Source: Azolla caroliniana (lineage: Eukaryota; Plantae; Polypodiophyta). From it: DNA of 64,000 bases. A program made the translations under genes and the position numbers. This document shows positions 13,891 to 27,680 of this stretch, piece by piece. The notes beneath the pieces were generated by a model. It did no database searches. It was not told where the DNA came from and was given only the letters and a program-made list of their open reading frames with translations. The stretch is taken from positions 14,818,001 through 14,882,000 of the forward strand of contig JBHGNT010000003.1 in assembly GCA_043228905.1 (NCBI GenBank). Reading direction: 5' to 3'. Position 1 is the first letter of the stretch. Each line of letters starts with the position of its first letter.

Positions 13891-14737
13891 ATGATTGATA
13901 ATGAGCCAAAATCACTAACATACCTTGATTCCAATGCAATAAACTTAACCACAATGGACAAAATGCTTATGAGCCACTTAATTTCTCTTCAAGAAACCAT
14001 AAACAAGCAAGGTGAAGAGATTAGGACGTTAATGAAAGAGATGCTAAGCTCCAAATTGTTGTCATTGAGAATGAAAGTCTTAAGAAAGTGGTTGCAAAAC
14101 TTGAAGATAAGGTTCAAGAATGTAAGAAAGATTCTTTCGAAACAAATGAGGGCCTTAACAAGATTGAGTTAAAGGAAGCATTTAAAAATGAAAAATTGGA
14201 CACGATGAGGTGGGATGTAAGTGAGATGAAAAAAGTGTGTACAACGAAGTCATGGGCTGAGATGTATGTGGTGGGGATGTGGTATCAAACTCATCTAATA
14301 TGCATGTGATGCATTAAGAGAAGAATATAGAAAGCATAGATGTCCGAGAATTGAAAGAACGTGAACGACGAGCAAAGAACATTGTCACCTGTGGAATTAA
14401 AGAGGAGAGTATGGAAACACCTACATCCCGCAAAAAGGCCATTTGTGATTTTTTTTGCATGCATTATGGGATGTCGGATGTGAATGTATATGGGGCACAC
14501 CAAATTGGGAAACATGGTGTTACTTGCTCTGGAGAAAGGCCTATTGTATGCACAATGATGGGTGATACAAAGCGGCAGATCATACTCGAAAATAGTTGGG
14601 TATACCTCAAAGGTACACAATGCTTTGTGAGTGATGATCGTACTATCTCACAACAAAATGCCCGTTGTAAAGCATATGAACAAAGATTGAAAAATAAGGT
14701 TAAGGATGTGCCTAAGGATGGAAATGTAGGCAAATAG
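13891..14737 (+). pseudogene. LINE ORF1 (frameshifted)
   Basis: Overlapping ORFs 13891-14172, 14088-14309 and 14351-14737: a coiled coil followed by NIVTCGIKEE...RPIVC...FVSDDRT. Confidence 0.7.
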
Positions 14738-16365
14738 GGACACGTGACCTATGAGACTAACCCACATCTTTTATGACTATGCTTTTGGAATTGCAATGGA
14801 TACCCATGGAATGTGGGATTTGGCATATAGGAGTTCACCAATGACTCGGAATCACACTTCTTGTTGAAACATGTGGGCATGATACTCAAAGGATTCAAGG
14901 TTTAAGAAACTATAATGTACACTCTTTGATATGGGAGAAAAATCCAAGATAAAGAAGAGGACAAGGAAGGGTGGAATGTTTGATTAAGAAGGAAATAGAG
15001 AAATATGTGTCAATCGTAAAAAAATGATGAACATAAATGCTACATATGGCTCAAAATAGAAACACCTAATGATTTGCCCACTTTTGTAGTTGGATGTTAC
15101 ATTCCTCATCAAGATTCTAACTTTTATGCTTGTTTGGATAAAGATCAACCTTTTGCCAATTGAGAAAATGATATTGCTTATTTCAAATCCAAAGGGGAAG
15201 TTATTGTCTTTGGTGACATGAATGCTCATGCAAGAAGTTTCCATCTTGATTCACAAGAATCTTTCATGCCACATATCTCAAGGATGCAAGAGGATATGTA
15301 AATGTATAACCGCTCTTCTAGCAATGAAAAAGATCTGGGCAAATTTGGGAAGTTACTCCTTCAAATGTGCAATAGTACCGTATTGCTTATTGCAAATGGT
15401 GTTTCCTTATGGGCCAATGCTAATGGTTTTATATGTAAAAAAACACAACGAAAATAGTGTGATTGACTATGTGCTACATTCTGAAGGTATTTTGGATCGT
15501 ATACATAAATTCTCACTTGGGGAAAGGACACCAAAATCCAATCATAGGGGTTTATGTATTGATCTTAAATGTATGCATAGGTTTGAATGTAAGAACGCCA
15601 TTGAAGATAGTAAACAACCACACTTGAGCATGAACCTTAAGCGAGCGCCCATGTATTCCAAGATGGGTGAGGATATGTTACAAATGACAAAGATACAACA
15701 TGATGCCACACTAGAATGCAAATGGGAAGCTTTTAAGAAAGTCATTCTCTCTTGTACAAACAAATGTTTTTCGACCAAGCGCACATCTTGGAAATGCACC
15801 AAGAAATTTAGGAAAAAATGGTTTGATAAAGAATGTCGTGAAGCTCGAAAGTGCCTTACGTTTTTAGATGTAGTTAAGGATAAAGAAAATTACCAAAAGT
15901 ATTTGCATGAGTATAAAAGGCTTATTCAAAGAAAGAGAAGAATATGGGAAGTTACTCAACAATTTCTCCAAACGCAAGAGAAAGCACATGTGCTAAATTT
16001 TGGGGAAATCTAAAGGGGAAACGTGTTGAGAGTTATGGTGACTTAACTCTTCACGACTTGTCTATGCATTCTAAGAATATATATGAGTTATTTCTTGCTG
16101 GAAAGATGATGTGTTATGATTCTCTTTCACATATGTCTCCCTTCACTACAATTGAAGATATATGCATAGGACTTAAGAAATGGCCCTCTCGAAAGGCAAG
16201 CGATCTTCAATGTATAAAGGCTGAAATGCTCAAATGGATGGGAAATGAAGCACGTGTATGGATAAGCAATATGTTTAATGATGCATTGCAACATGATATG
16301 CCATATGATTGGACTACAAATTGGAACAAACCTTTATATAAAGGTGGAGATGTAAATAATGTAAA

Positions 16366-17453
16366 TTTTGAGAATCGAACTCAACTTCCCATAGAGATAG
16401 TGTTCACACTAGCCAGTGGACATCATACTAGGCTAGTTTTGTAATTATTAGAAAGGGCACTTTCCCTAGACTAGTTGGTATTTAAACCAACTCCTTGTAA
16501 CCTAGTTATTGTTGGATGTAATAAATTTCTCTCTCTCTCTCTCTCTCTATGGGGTGGAAGTATGGGGCGGCAGCATCCCTAAATCTATGTGGAAAGAGTT
16601 TGAAAATGTCCAAAAACATTTTCTTACAAAGTTTCTACTAGTTAAGAAACAAACACCCTACACCCTCCTCCTTGAGACGAGGTCACTTCCCATTGAGATC
16701 ATGGCCATGGAAAGGGTTGTTCAATACATGCTTAAGGTTCAAAAAAGTCCCTCACATCGGCTTCCTAGAATTGCATGGGAAGCACACAAAAAGATCCAAA
16801 AGACGCATAAAAGCAAAATTTTGTGTTCCGGTTGGATGCAAGATATAGAAAAATAGTTTGGTAGATGTTATGCGAGACACTTGCTTCATGATGCATCATT
16901 AGATTCCTCTGTAAATGAGGCCTATTTGCAATGCCAATGTATCATGACATGGGACAAATGTGGAGGCTCACGCTTCACACATTATGCTACACATGTTGCA
17001 CTTAACTACAAAACCATATTCTTTGTGGAACGGGGAAATCGTACACATCGATACATGTTAGAGCCCACACCATTATCTGCCATTTGAACCATTGTTTCCA
17101 TGTGACTTAGCTCACATGCATTGTGATGTGAGACAGGGCGGTGGGGCACAAGTGATGCGAGTGGTCGGCCATGCACAGTTTGCCCTAAACAAGTTCGTGA
17201 GTCTGAGTATCGCACTTTGATACAATGCTCTGCCTTTGATCATATTCGACCATGCTTTCCACATCTCTTCAACCGAACCCAATCCTTGCATGAATTCCTC
17301 TCACAACCACAATGTGCACTCTCGATTGCAACATTCATTGGTAACGTTCTTGAACATCGAGAGTCACTACTCACTTTCACACATATCACATGAAATGTAA
17401 TATTTTTGGTCTCATAGGCCATATTTGACCTCCGAAGACGATAATATAACCTC

Positions 17454-17486
<33 letters not shown>

Positions 17487-20400
17487 TTGCCTTACGTGCA
17501 CTCACACACAGGGCTCGCTTCCGTTGCACAACACCACCTATGTCTCTCATTCTTTACATGGTATCAGAGCTTGTGGTTTTTTGGTCGAGATTATTCAACT
17601 GATTTGCGCTGCACACCGACGATCAACAGAACCAGTTCAAGCAACATAGAAGAAATCGACATCATGAACACTCAGATGGGAAGTGCTCTTCCCACAGAGA
17701 ATCTCAATAGAACAAACTTAGCATCTTGGGAGTACAAGATGCATCAATACCTCGTCGGACAAGGTTACTGGAGCTATATAGAGGGAGCTCACGAAACGCA
17801 ACCCAACCCAACCCAACACACGTCGACTACACAACCTGGGAGTAGGCCGCAAGTCGTGTGTTGTATTGCCTTGCATCATGCATCCATGATCATATGCTCG
17901 GCTATTTTCGAGAAGAGAAAATGCTAAAAGAAGCTTGGGGAAATCTCAAGAAGATTTTTGGGGCCAATACGGATGCACGAAAGCTCCAACTCCGATAGGA
18001 GTTGAATAACATGCAACAAAGGGACATGTCAATCACTAGCTATACCCTGAAGATCAAGGAGTTGTGTGATGCCCTCAGGTCAATAAATGTCATCAATGAT
18101 GATGAAGAAATGGTGCAAATATGCCTCAACGACTTGGCACCTTGATTCGGAACGATCAGATTGGCCATTCTTGCAAGGGAGAACCCTCCTCCCTTTTTTG
18201 ACCTTCAATCTATACTATGGTGGAGGAAAATCATGCCCGACAAAGGAGCAACACACCAGATGGTCAGATGCTCTATTCCCAGTCAAATGATAGAAGAGGA
18301 TTCGGCCGAGGAAATAGAGGTCGATTCGGTCGAGGCCGACAAGGTCAACCGACCCAAGAAAGTAATTCTCATCATTGGCAAGAGGCCAGAGATACTCCTA
18401 GGGAATTCGTAGAAGGGGGAGTCATCATGCCGGACCAAACTACCAAAACAGCCCAATCGAATGTGGGTATTGTCGAAAATTCGGCCACTACGAAGAGGAG
18501 TGCAGAAAGAAAAAATGAGAGTCAGCCACTACAAAAAATGAGAGTCACTAACTATGCTACAAATTCCGATTACGACAATCGTGACAGGATGTTCGTAATG
18601 AGGCATAAAGTGCATTCGATGTCAGCATAGGGTCCGACTAGCACAGACTCTGGAGTATCCACCCACATGATGTCTCACGAAGATTGGTTCCGAGAGTTGA
18701 GAAAGCCCGATTGAACCGGCTATGTCGAAACCGGAGATGACAGTACTCACTTGATTCGGCATATTGGAAATGTCCCATTTGGGAATGACAGAAAACAAAC
18801 CTACCTCAAGAACATGATGCATGTCCCAACCATCATGAAAAACCTGGTCTCAGTAGGACAGATTGTCGAACAAGGCATGCAAGTACGATTCAATAATGAA
18901 GGGTGCTTTCTTGAGAAAGAATGCCAACTAGTAGCTCACGATCGAAGAGAAGGCTGAATGTTCATCCTCGAATCGAATGAGGTGAAGTCAACAATATTCA
19001 CAAAAGGCCTCAAAATTGAAACCGACTTGAAATTGTGGCACAAACGAATTGTCCACATCAATCTTCAAAAGCTTAAAGGAATGCAGTCGAAAGGCGTCAT
19101 AATCGGACTATGGACATTTACCAAAAACAAGATAGTTGTTGGTGTATGTGAAGCCTGCCAATTCAACAAACAACACCGACAACCATTCCCAAGAGAGAGG
19201 AATTTGAGCAAAGGGATCCTGGATGTAGTACATTTAGATGTGTGGGGACTAGCCCAGATGGAAACATTCGGTGGTTCTCGATATTACCTCACGTTTGTCG
19301 ACGACTTCTCGAGGCATGTTTAGATCTATCCTATTCGGCAGAAGTGTGAAGTGTTCAGACACTTACAAAGGTTTAAAAACAAAGTCGAAAAAGCCACAAG
19401 TCGGCATGTCTGATGCCTTTGATAAGATGGGGACAAGGAGTATTTCTCGAACGAATATACAACATATCTCCAAAAGGAAGGAATTCGACGAGAATTCTCA
19501 TACCAACACACACCTTAGCAAAACGGAGTAGCCGAATGAAAGAATCAGCACATAGTAGAGGTGGCAAGGGCCATGATGAACAAGAAAAACCTGCTGAAAT
19601 AATATTGGGCAGAAGTAGCTAACACAACCGTCTATCTTATGAACAACCTCGGGGTACATGACATAACCCCTCACAAGAAGTTCTTCGGAAAAAAGCTAGA
19701 TTTATCCCACGTTCGGATTTTCAGCTCAATCACATATGCACACATTCCCAATGAGAAGTGAACAAAAGCTCGACCCAAAGTCAGAGAAATGTATCCTCGT
19801 GGGGTACTCACTCAAACAAAAGGGGTACAAATGTTACAATCCATCCACCCGAAAAGTCCGGGTGAGTCGAGATGTCATTTTCAACGAGTCAGCATCCTAG
19901 TACGAACCAGAGACGACTTCAATTCCGACCCCAGTCGATCCGGATTCGGCCGAAGAAGAAAATCAACTGGGGCACATGTTCGAAGAAAGTCCAATTATGA
20001 CAAGCCTAAGTGGACCACAAGAGCCCCCGAGTGACCAAAGCACATCTCGGCGGAGCCCGAAACTCGACAAAGGGAAGCCTAGGACAAAATGCCATAATAT
20101 GAAGATCCGATCGACAACGAGTCAACTCACTCCCATGACAGTGAGTTCGAAGGCCTTGACATCCCAATAATCTGATCGAATGGAGCAAAGAAAGCCTTAG
20201 TCTCTGTAAACGAGAAGCTTCGTCGCTCCACCCGAGGGAAAAACCCGGTTAGTGGATTCGGCTATGATGAGTATATGGCATATCATTATGTCTTTATGAT
20301 GAAGGTGGCGACAGTCCGAGAATCGAAAACCTTTTTCGAGGCAGCCAAGGACCCACAATGGATCGAAACCATGAACGACGAAATGTGGGCTCTATGCAAA

Positions 20401-22285
20401 AACGAGACATGGGATCTCGTCCCCCATTCTCCACATAAGAAAGCGATCGACTGCAGGTGGATATATAAAGTAAAATATAATGTCGGCAGCTCGGTAAATC
20501 GCTTCAAGGCCAAACTCGTAGTGAAGGGATATGCCCAAATACATGGAGTCGATTACAAGGAGACCTTTGCCCCGATGGTAAAGATGACGACCGTTCAGAC
20601 AGTCCTTGCTCTCGTAGTTGCAAAAGGGTGGCACCTCCACTAAATGGACATAAAGAACACCTTCCTACAATGCTAATTAGAAGAGGAGGTCTTCATGATT
20701 CAAGCACCTGGTTTCGAATCGAGCACTCACCCGGAAGCAGTCACCTGACTCAAGAAGCCGTTATATGGACTCAAGCTAGCACCGCATGCTTGGCATTCGA
20801 AGATCACCCAATATCTTCACCAAATCGACTTCCAAATGTCGAAATTGGACAACTCCCTATACATCCGAAACGACTCGGCCAACCCGATTGTCATCACCCT
20901 TTACGTGGATGATCTGGTCATCGGAGCAAAGGATCTTGCCGACATTAATAAGGTCAAAATGCTCCTATCTAGTAGATTCGAAATGAAAGATATGGACGAG
21001 CTCCATTACTTCCTCGATATCGAAGTAATTTAGACACCAGTCGGGATATTGATCTCTCAACGGCACTACATTCTCAACTTACTCTACAAGTTCGGGATGA
21101 CTGAGTGCAAACCTGTGTCAACCCCTCTCGATTGAAATCTCAAGGTTGATGGCGGTTTGGGAATAGAAAACTGTGAGCCGACTCAATATCGTCAACAGAT
21201 CAACAACTTAATCTATCTAACCATTACCCAACCCGACCTTAGCTATTTGGTCGGTCTACTTAGAAAATTTATGTAGAAACCTCGGGACATACATCTCGAT
21301 TGTGCTAAGAGAGTACTCAAGTATGTTCGTGGGACAATGGAGTACGACATCATGTATAAGGTCGACACGATCACTCGGCTCGAAGGGTACACAAATGCGG
21401 ACTGGGCCGGCTATAAGGCTGATCGAGGATCAACTTCAGGATTCATCTTCTCCCTTGGCAGTGGCGTGATCTCCTGGAGCAGTAAGAAGCAGTCGACAGT
21501 CGCAATGTCAAGCATAGAGGCCGAATATAGGGGCATGATAGTCGTTGCATGTTAGGCCATCTGGCTGAAGCGCATATTGAAGGATTTGGGCATTCCCATC
21601 AAGGATCCAATTCTCCTATATTGCAACAACATGAGCAGTATCTACCTGGCTCAAGACCCCGTGTTTCACGCACGGACCAAGCATATCGAAGTGCACTATC
21701 ACTTCATCCGAGAGCACGTTCAAGCTGTCGATGTCGATTTACAACACATCACTACGAATCTTCAGGTGGCCGACATCTTCACAAAAGCCCTAGGTATCAA
21801 CAAGCTACAACAGTTCGTGATGAACCTTGGTCTCTCGATCATAGACTAGCCGCACTTGAGGGGGAGCACTAAGAAACAGGATACCAAAAAACAGCAGTAG
21901 CTACCGCAATGCCGATCAGCCGATTGATGCCAACTAGAGGAGTTGAAGTATGATGATAATCGAGCCGCACAAGGAGCATGAAGCACCCGAACAGTCATAG
22001 TCGTGTCGACTAACCTTCCGAAAGCCAATTCAGCCGAATCGAAGATTTTCGAGGATCGAACCGAACCAATTTTTCGACATCCGGAAGTTGTGTTCAAAGG
22101 GGCGTGTTGAGAATTAATCTTAACTTCCCATAGAGATAGTGTTCACACTAGCCAGTGGACATCATACTAGGCTAGTTTTGTAGTTATTAGAAAGGGCACT
22201 TGCCCTAGACTAGTTGGTATTTAAACCAACTCCTTGTAACTTAGTTATTGTTGGATGTAATCATTTTCTTTCTATACAACTTCTT

Positions 22286-22320
<35 letters not shown>

Positions 22321-22395
22321 TTTCCTTACGTGCACCACACACACATAGAGCTTGCTTCCGTTGCACAACACCACCTACGTCTCTCATTCTTTACA
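16366..22395 (+). mobile_element. Decayed Ty1/copia element (copy 1); 5' LTR 16366-17558 (contains a LINE insert), 3' LTR 22105-22395
   Basis: PBS TGGTATCAGAGC (tRNA-iMet) at 17559; gag-PR-IN-RT-RH fragments (LWHKR, HLDVWG, LYVDDL, KHIEVHYHF); TSD GTAAA/ATAAA. Confidence 0.9.
16543..17450 (+). mobile_element. 5'-truncated copy of the RTEX-like LINE inserted in the (CT)n of the copia-1 5' LTR
   Basis: Highly similar to 49570-49610 plus 55540-56420; (CT)n on both sides; absent from the 3' LTR. Confidence 0.9.
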
Positions 22396-25300
22396 ATAAA
22401 CAACTATCAAACCATCATGGTTGGCTTGTTAATGGCAAAACTATTGTGTTGTATTATGGAATCAAAGATAATTGTATGGGCTAAAAAAATGGTAAGAGAG
22501 CTTATGAACAAGCTGGCTTTTGAAAACACCATAGCACCATTGATCCCCTTGTCACCCTTTGAGTATTAATGGAGGAAAGTCGCCTTAGAGGTAACAGTTT
22601 ATATTGTTGCTTTTTAGACTTCAAGAAAGCTTTTGATATGGTACCTTGTGAGCATCTTTGGAGGTGAATGGAAAAACTTGAGGCGCCAATGAATATATGC
22701 TTGTGATTTCCCGAATATATGAGAAGGTTATATGCTGTGTGCGTATGAGAGATAGACTTTTAGATTTTTTCAATAGCACTATTGGTGTTAAGCAAGGATG
22801 CCCACTCTCACCAACACTATTTGGTCTATGCATTGATGAATTGGAAGGAATGGTTAACTATCAAGTTTGTAAAGGAAGAATGTGTTGAAGAAGTTGCCAT
22901 TGGGAATGTTGTGATTATGCTTTTGCTATATGCGGATGATGTGGTGCTTTTTGCAAATACTTTAGGAGATGCACAAAAGCTTATGATGGCATTAGAAATT
23001 TTTTGCATGCATACTAAATTAAGTGTCAATAGCTCTAAAAGAAAGATTATGCTTGTGAAGAGCCAAAAAAGAGATAGTTGAGAATCAAGCTCAACCTAGT
23101 GCAACGTGTGAACACACCCTTTGAGAATCTATGATCACTCAAAGGTCAAGAGTCACACCACTACTCTCTACACATTAACTACGTGTCATAGAATCATATT
23201 CTATGACACATAACTAATGAGTTCCATATTCCCCGTGACTATGAGTTTTCACATTGCCCAAAAGAGAGTAGTTGTTGTAGTGGGTTAATGAAGAGAGAGG
23301 GTGACCTTATATAAACCACCCTTCTCCTACTTCATAGAGTGTCAGTTGTGACTCCTTGTAATGCTACATTTGTATGTCATATTCTCCTTGTGAATATACA
23401 CCTTCTTCTTGAGTACTTTATTTTTCCATTCTATTTATCTATCTTGTGTTTTCTCTTCTCTCCTTTCTCACACACATACACATAATACACATCTCTTCCG
23501 TTGCACAAGAATCATATATGATTCTTTACATGGTATCAGAGCGGTTTGGTAGCCCGATCTAGCCCATCCGTGTGTGTTGTGTTCTACGCCGACGTTCAAG
23601 AAGAACCGGCTCATCGATATCGTAGTGCGACTACATAGCTCATGTTCGAGAGAGAAGGAAAAGAAGAAAGAAAGCTTCATTGACAATGAATACTCAAATG
23701 GGGAGTGTTCTCCCTAGCGAGAAGTTGGATCGAAACAACTTTGCATCTTGGGAGTTCAAGATGCACCAATACCTTGTCGGTCAAGGATATTGGAGCTCCA
23801 TGAAAGGAGCACAAGAAAATCGACCCGACCCGAGAGACACTGACTACTCAACATGGGAGCAAGCGGCAAGCCGAGTGATGTATTTCTTGGTGACATGTGT
23901 TCATGATCACATGCTCGGCTACATTCGAGAAGCTAAGACGTTGAAGGAAGCGTGGGAGAATCTACGGAAGATTTTTGCGGCCAACACAACCGCAAGAAAG
24001 CTTCAACTCTGCCAAGAGTTGAATAATATCCAACAAAGGGATATGTCCATCACAAGCTACACCTTGAAGATCAAGGAGCTCTGTGACTCCCTCGGCTCAA
24101 TAAGCGTCAATGTGGACGATGATGAGATGGTGCAAATATGCCTCTGTGGCCTTGCACCACGGTTCGGCGCGATGAGGACCGTTGTACTAGCACGGGAGAA
24201 TCCTCCCTCTTTCTTGGATCTTCAATCTATGTTGTTGGTTGAAGAAAACCATGTTTGAACAAGGAGCAACACCTCAGAAGGCCACATTCTCTACACTCAT
24301 TCGAACGAAGGAAGAGGACGTGATCAAGCAAGAGGCCGATTCCGCCAAGGACGAGATGGACGAGGCCCAACTTACGAAAACAACTCGCAATTTCGACAAC
24401 AAGACGGAAGCCATCGAGGAACCTTCGGAAGAAGGAGGAGCTTCCATTCTGGTACGAGCCAACAAACCTCGATCGAATGCGTATATTGCGGCAAAATCAG
24501 CCACCATGAAGAAGAGTGTCGAAAGAAGAACCGTGAGTCATCTTCCACAAGCCAACAACTCACCAATTACATCACCAACTCCGAATATGATGATCATGGC
24601 GGAATGTTCGTGATGAGACATAGAGAAAATTCTATGTCGGCTTCTACTTCGAATAGTGCTTCTAGTTCGGAAGACGTATGGTTCGTCGACTCCAGTGCCT
24701 CAAACCATATGACAAACGTCTCATCAAGAATGGTTCCGAAAACTTTGAGCCGAACCGACCCGGCTATGTTGAAACCGGAGATGACACTACTCATCTGATT
24801 CGGCACATCGGCAATGTTCGATTAGGCAAAGAAGGTAACCAAACTTATATTAAAAATGCCTTGCATGTACCAACCATTACGAAGAATTTGGTCTCCGTCC
24901 GCCAAATTGTTGAGCAAGGGATGCAATTTCGATTTAATCAAGGCGGTATTGAGAAAGAGGGTCAATTCATCACTCGTGGACTAAGAGAGGGACAAATGTT
25001 CATTCTCAACTCGCACGAGATGAAATCGGCCATGTTTGCAAAAGGCACTGAAGCCGATACCGACATAGAGTTGTGCCACAAGTAGATTGGCCACATCAAC
25101 CTCCAAAATCTCAAGGCATTGCAATCGAAAGGACTCGTCTTTGGACTCTCGAACTTCAAAGAGAAAGATATTGAAGGCGTATGTGCGGCATGGCAATTCG
25201 GCAAGCAACATTGCCACCCGTTTCCGAAGAAGAGGAATGTTAGCAAAGGCGTATTTGACGTAATTCATTCCGATGTATGGCAAGGATCCATGATGGGTTG

Positions 25301-27555
25301 AAGTAATGAACGAGGAGATGCGGGCACTATACAAGAACGAGACATGGGATCTCATTCCCCACTCACCGTGCAAGAAGGCAATTGGCAGCAGATGGACTTA
25401 TAAGATGAAGAATAATGCTAACGGCACTGTCAACTGCTACAAAGCTCGACTCGTAGCAAAAGGATACGCATAGACACACGGAGTCAACTATTGTGCGGAC
25501 CGTGATCGCACTCGTAGTAATGAAAGGGTGGCATCTCCACCAGATGGACGTCAAGAACGCCTTTCTTCAAAGATAATTAGAAGGGGGGGTGAACATAGTA
25601 CAACCACTCGGCTTCGAATCCAGTATCCATCCGAAAGCCATCTACCAACTCAAGAATTCTCTTTATGGCCTTAAGCAAGCACCACATGCTTGGTATTCAA
25701 AGATAACGCAATATCTTCATGAAATCGGCTTTCGAATGTTGAAATCTGAGAACTCTCTCTATGTACGAAACGACTCTAGAAGCCGATTGTCATCATCCTA
25801 TATGTGAATGATCTGGTTATTGGAGATGAGCATTTACTCGACATCAACAAGGTGAAGTCCCTCCTCTCCAACAAATTCGAGATGACGGACATGAAGGAGC
25901 TCCATTACTTCCTTGACATCGAGGTAATTTGGACTCTAACCGGCATTATGATCTCTCAATGACACTACATCCTTAACTTGTTATACAAGTTCGGGATGGC
26001 TGAGTGTAAATCTGTGGCAACCCCTCTCGATCGAAACCTAAAATTGGATGCCGACTCCGGCACGAAAGAGTGTGAGTCCACTCAGTATCGACAACTAATC
26101 GGGAATCTCATCTACCTCACGATCACTTGACCCGACCTGAGCTATCCGTTCGGCTTCCTTAACCAATTCATGCAAACTCCATTAGATATCCATTTGGATT
26201 ATGCTAAGCGAGTATTACGATACGTGAGCGACACAATTGATTATGGTATTCTCTACGAATCGGCCACATTGATTCGACTCGAAGGGTACACAGATGCCGA
26301 TTGGGCCAACTATAGATCTGATCAACGATCAACCTCTGGATTTGTCATCTCTCTCGACAGCGGAGCAATATCTTGGAGTAGTAAGAAGCAGCCTACCGTC
26401 TCACTTTCGAGCACGGAGCTGAATACAGGGGCGCAACCAGGATCTTGGCGTTCCTATCAAGGATCAAATCCTTTTTACTGCAACAATATGAGCAATATCT
26501 ATCTGGCTCGGAATCCGGTGTTCCACGCATGTACAAAGCATATCGAAGTGCATTATCACTTCATTCGAGAGCGCGTTCAGGACGGAGATGTCGACCTTCA
26601 ACACATCAACACAAATCTTCCGACAATCGACATCTTCACCAAGGCACTAGGAGACGACAAGCTTCGACAATTCATGTCAGACCTTGGATTGACGATCCGT
26701 GACTTGCCAAGCTTGAGGGGGAGTACAAGAGAGAACTGGATACCCGAATGATGTAGCACCCGAATCGATAAAAAGAGATTTTTCGCTTTGGAAACAAGCG
26801 ACAAGCAGAGTTCTTTACTACTTCGCGTCCTGTGTGAGCGACCAACGCTTGAGCTACATTAGGGATGCTAAGATGCCAAAGGACGCGTGGGCAAATCTCA
26901 AGAGGATATTCTCTGCTAGCACAACGGCCAAGAAGCTGCAGCTCAAACAAGAGCTTAGCAATGTCTGACAAAAAGATCTGTTTGTGGCCGATTACATAGT
27001 CCAAATCAAGGAGATCTACGATTCTCTCGCCTTTGTCAACGTGAATGTCGAGGAGGACGAAATGGTGCAGGTTTGTCTTGGAGGGTTAGCGTCAAAGTTC
27101 GGAGCATTCCGAATGGTGGTTTGCACAAGGGAGATTACGACTTAGTTCTTCGAGCTTCAGTCAATGTTGCTCGTGGAGGAAAATCACACAGGTGCATCGA
27201 CGAGTACGCACACCGATAGCAAGATATTGTACACGGAGGAAGATAGGCCCCGTAGTCATGGCGGATCGACGCACAATGGAGGCGGCCGAAAAGAGCAGAA
27301 CGTGCGGCATAATCGAAATGCCGGAAGCAATTCTGAACCCTCCGGAAGCAGGGGGAGTCACAACGGCGTTGTAAGCTGGCAAGAGAAGGCTGCGACGGAA
27401 TATTGGTACTGTGGCAAGAAAGGCCATAGGGAGAGCGAGTGTTGAAAGAAGAGAGCCAATTCGGACAAAGCCGAATCGAGCGGAAGAGACGCATGAAGGT
27501 GTCAGAAATCGCATTATGCCGAAGGCTCTGAACTAGCCGTAAATCAATCGGGCCC

Positions 27556-27641
27556 TGTTGGGGACGAGGTCGTCTATGCGGAAGATCAAGGAGCATTCGA
27601 TTCTGTTCTGTATACCTGCGTATGACAGATTGTAGGTCGTT

Positions 27642-27680
<39 letters not shown>

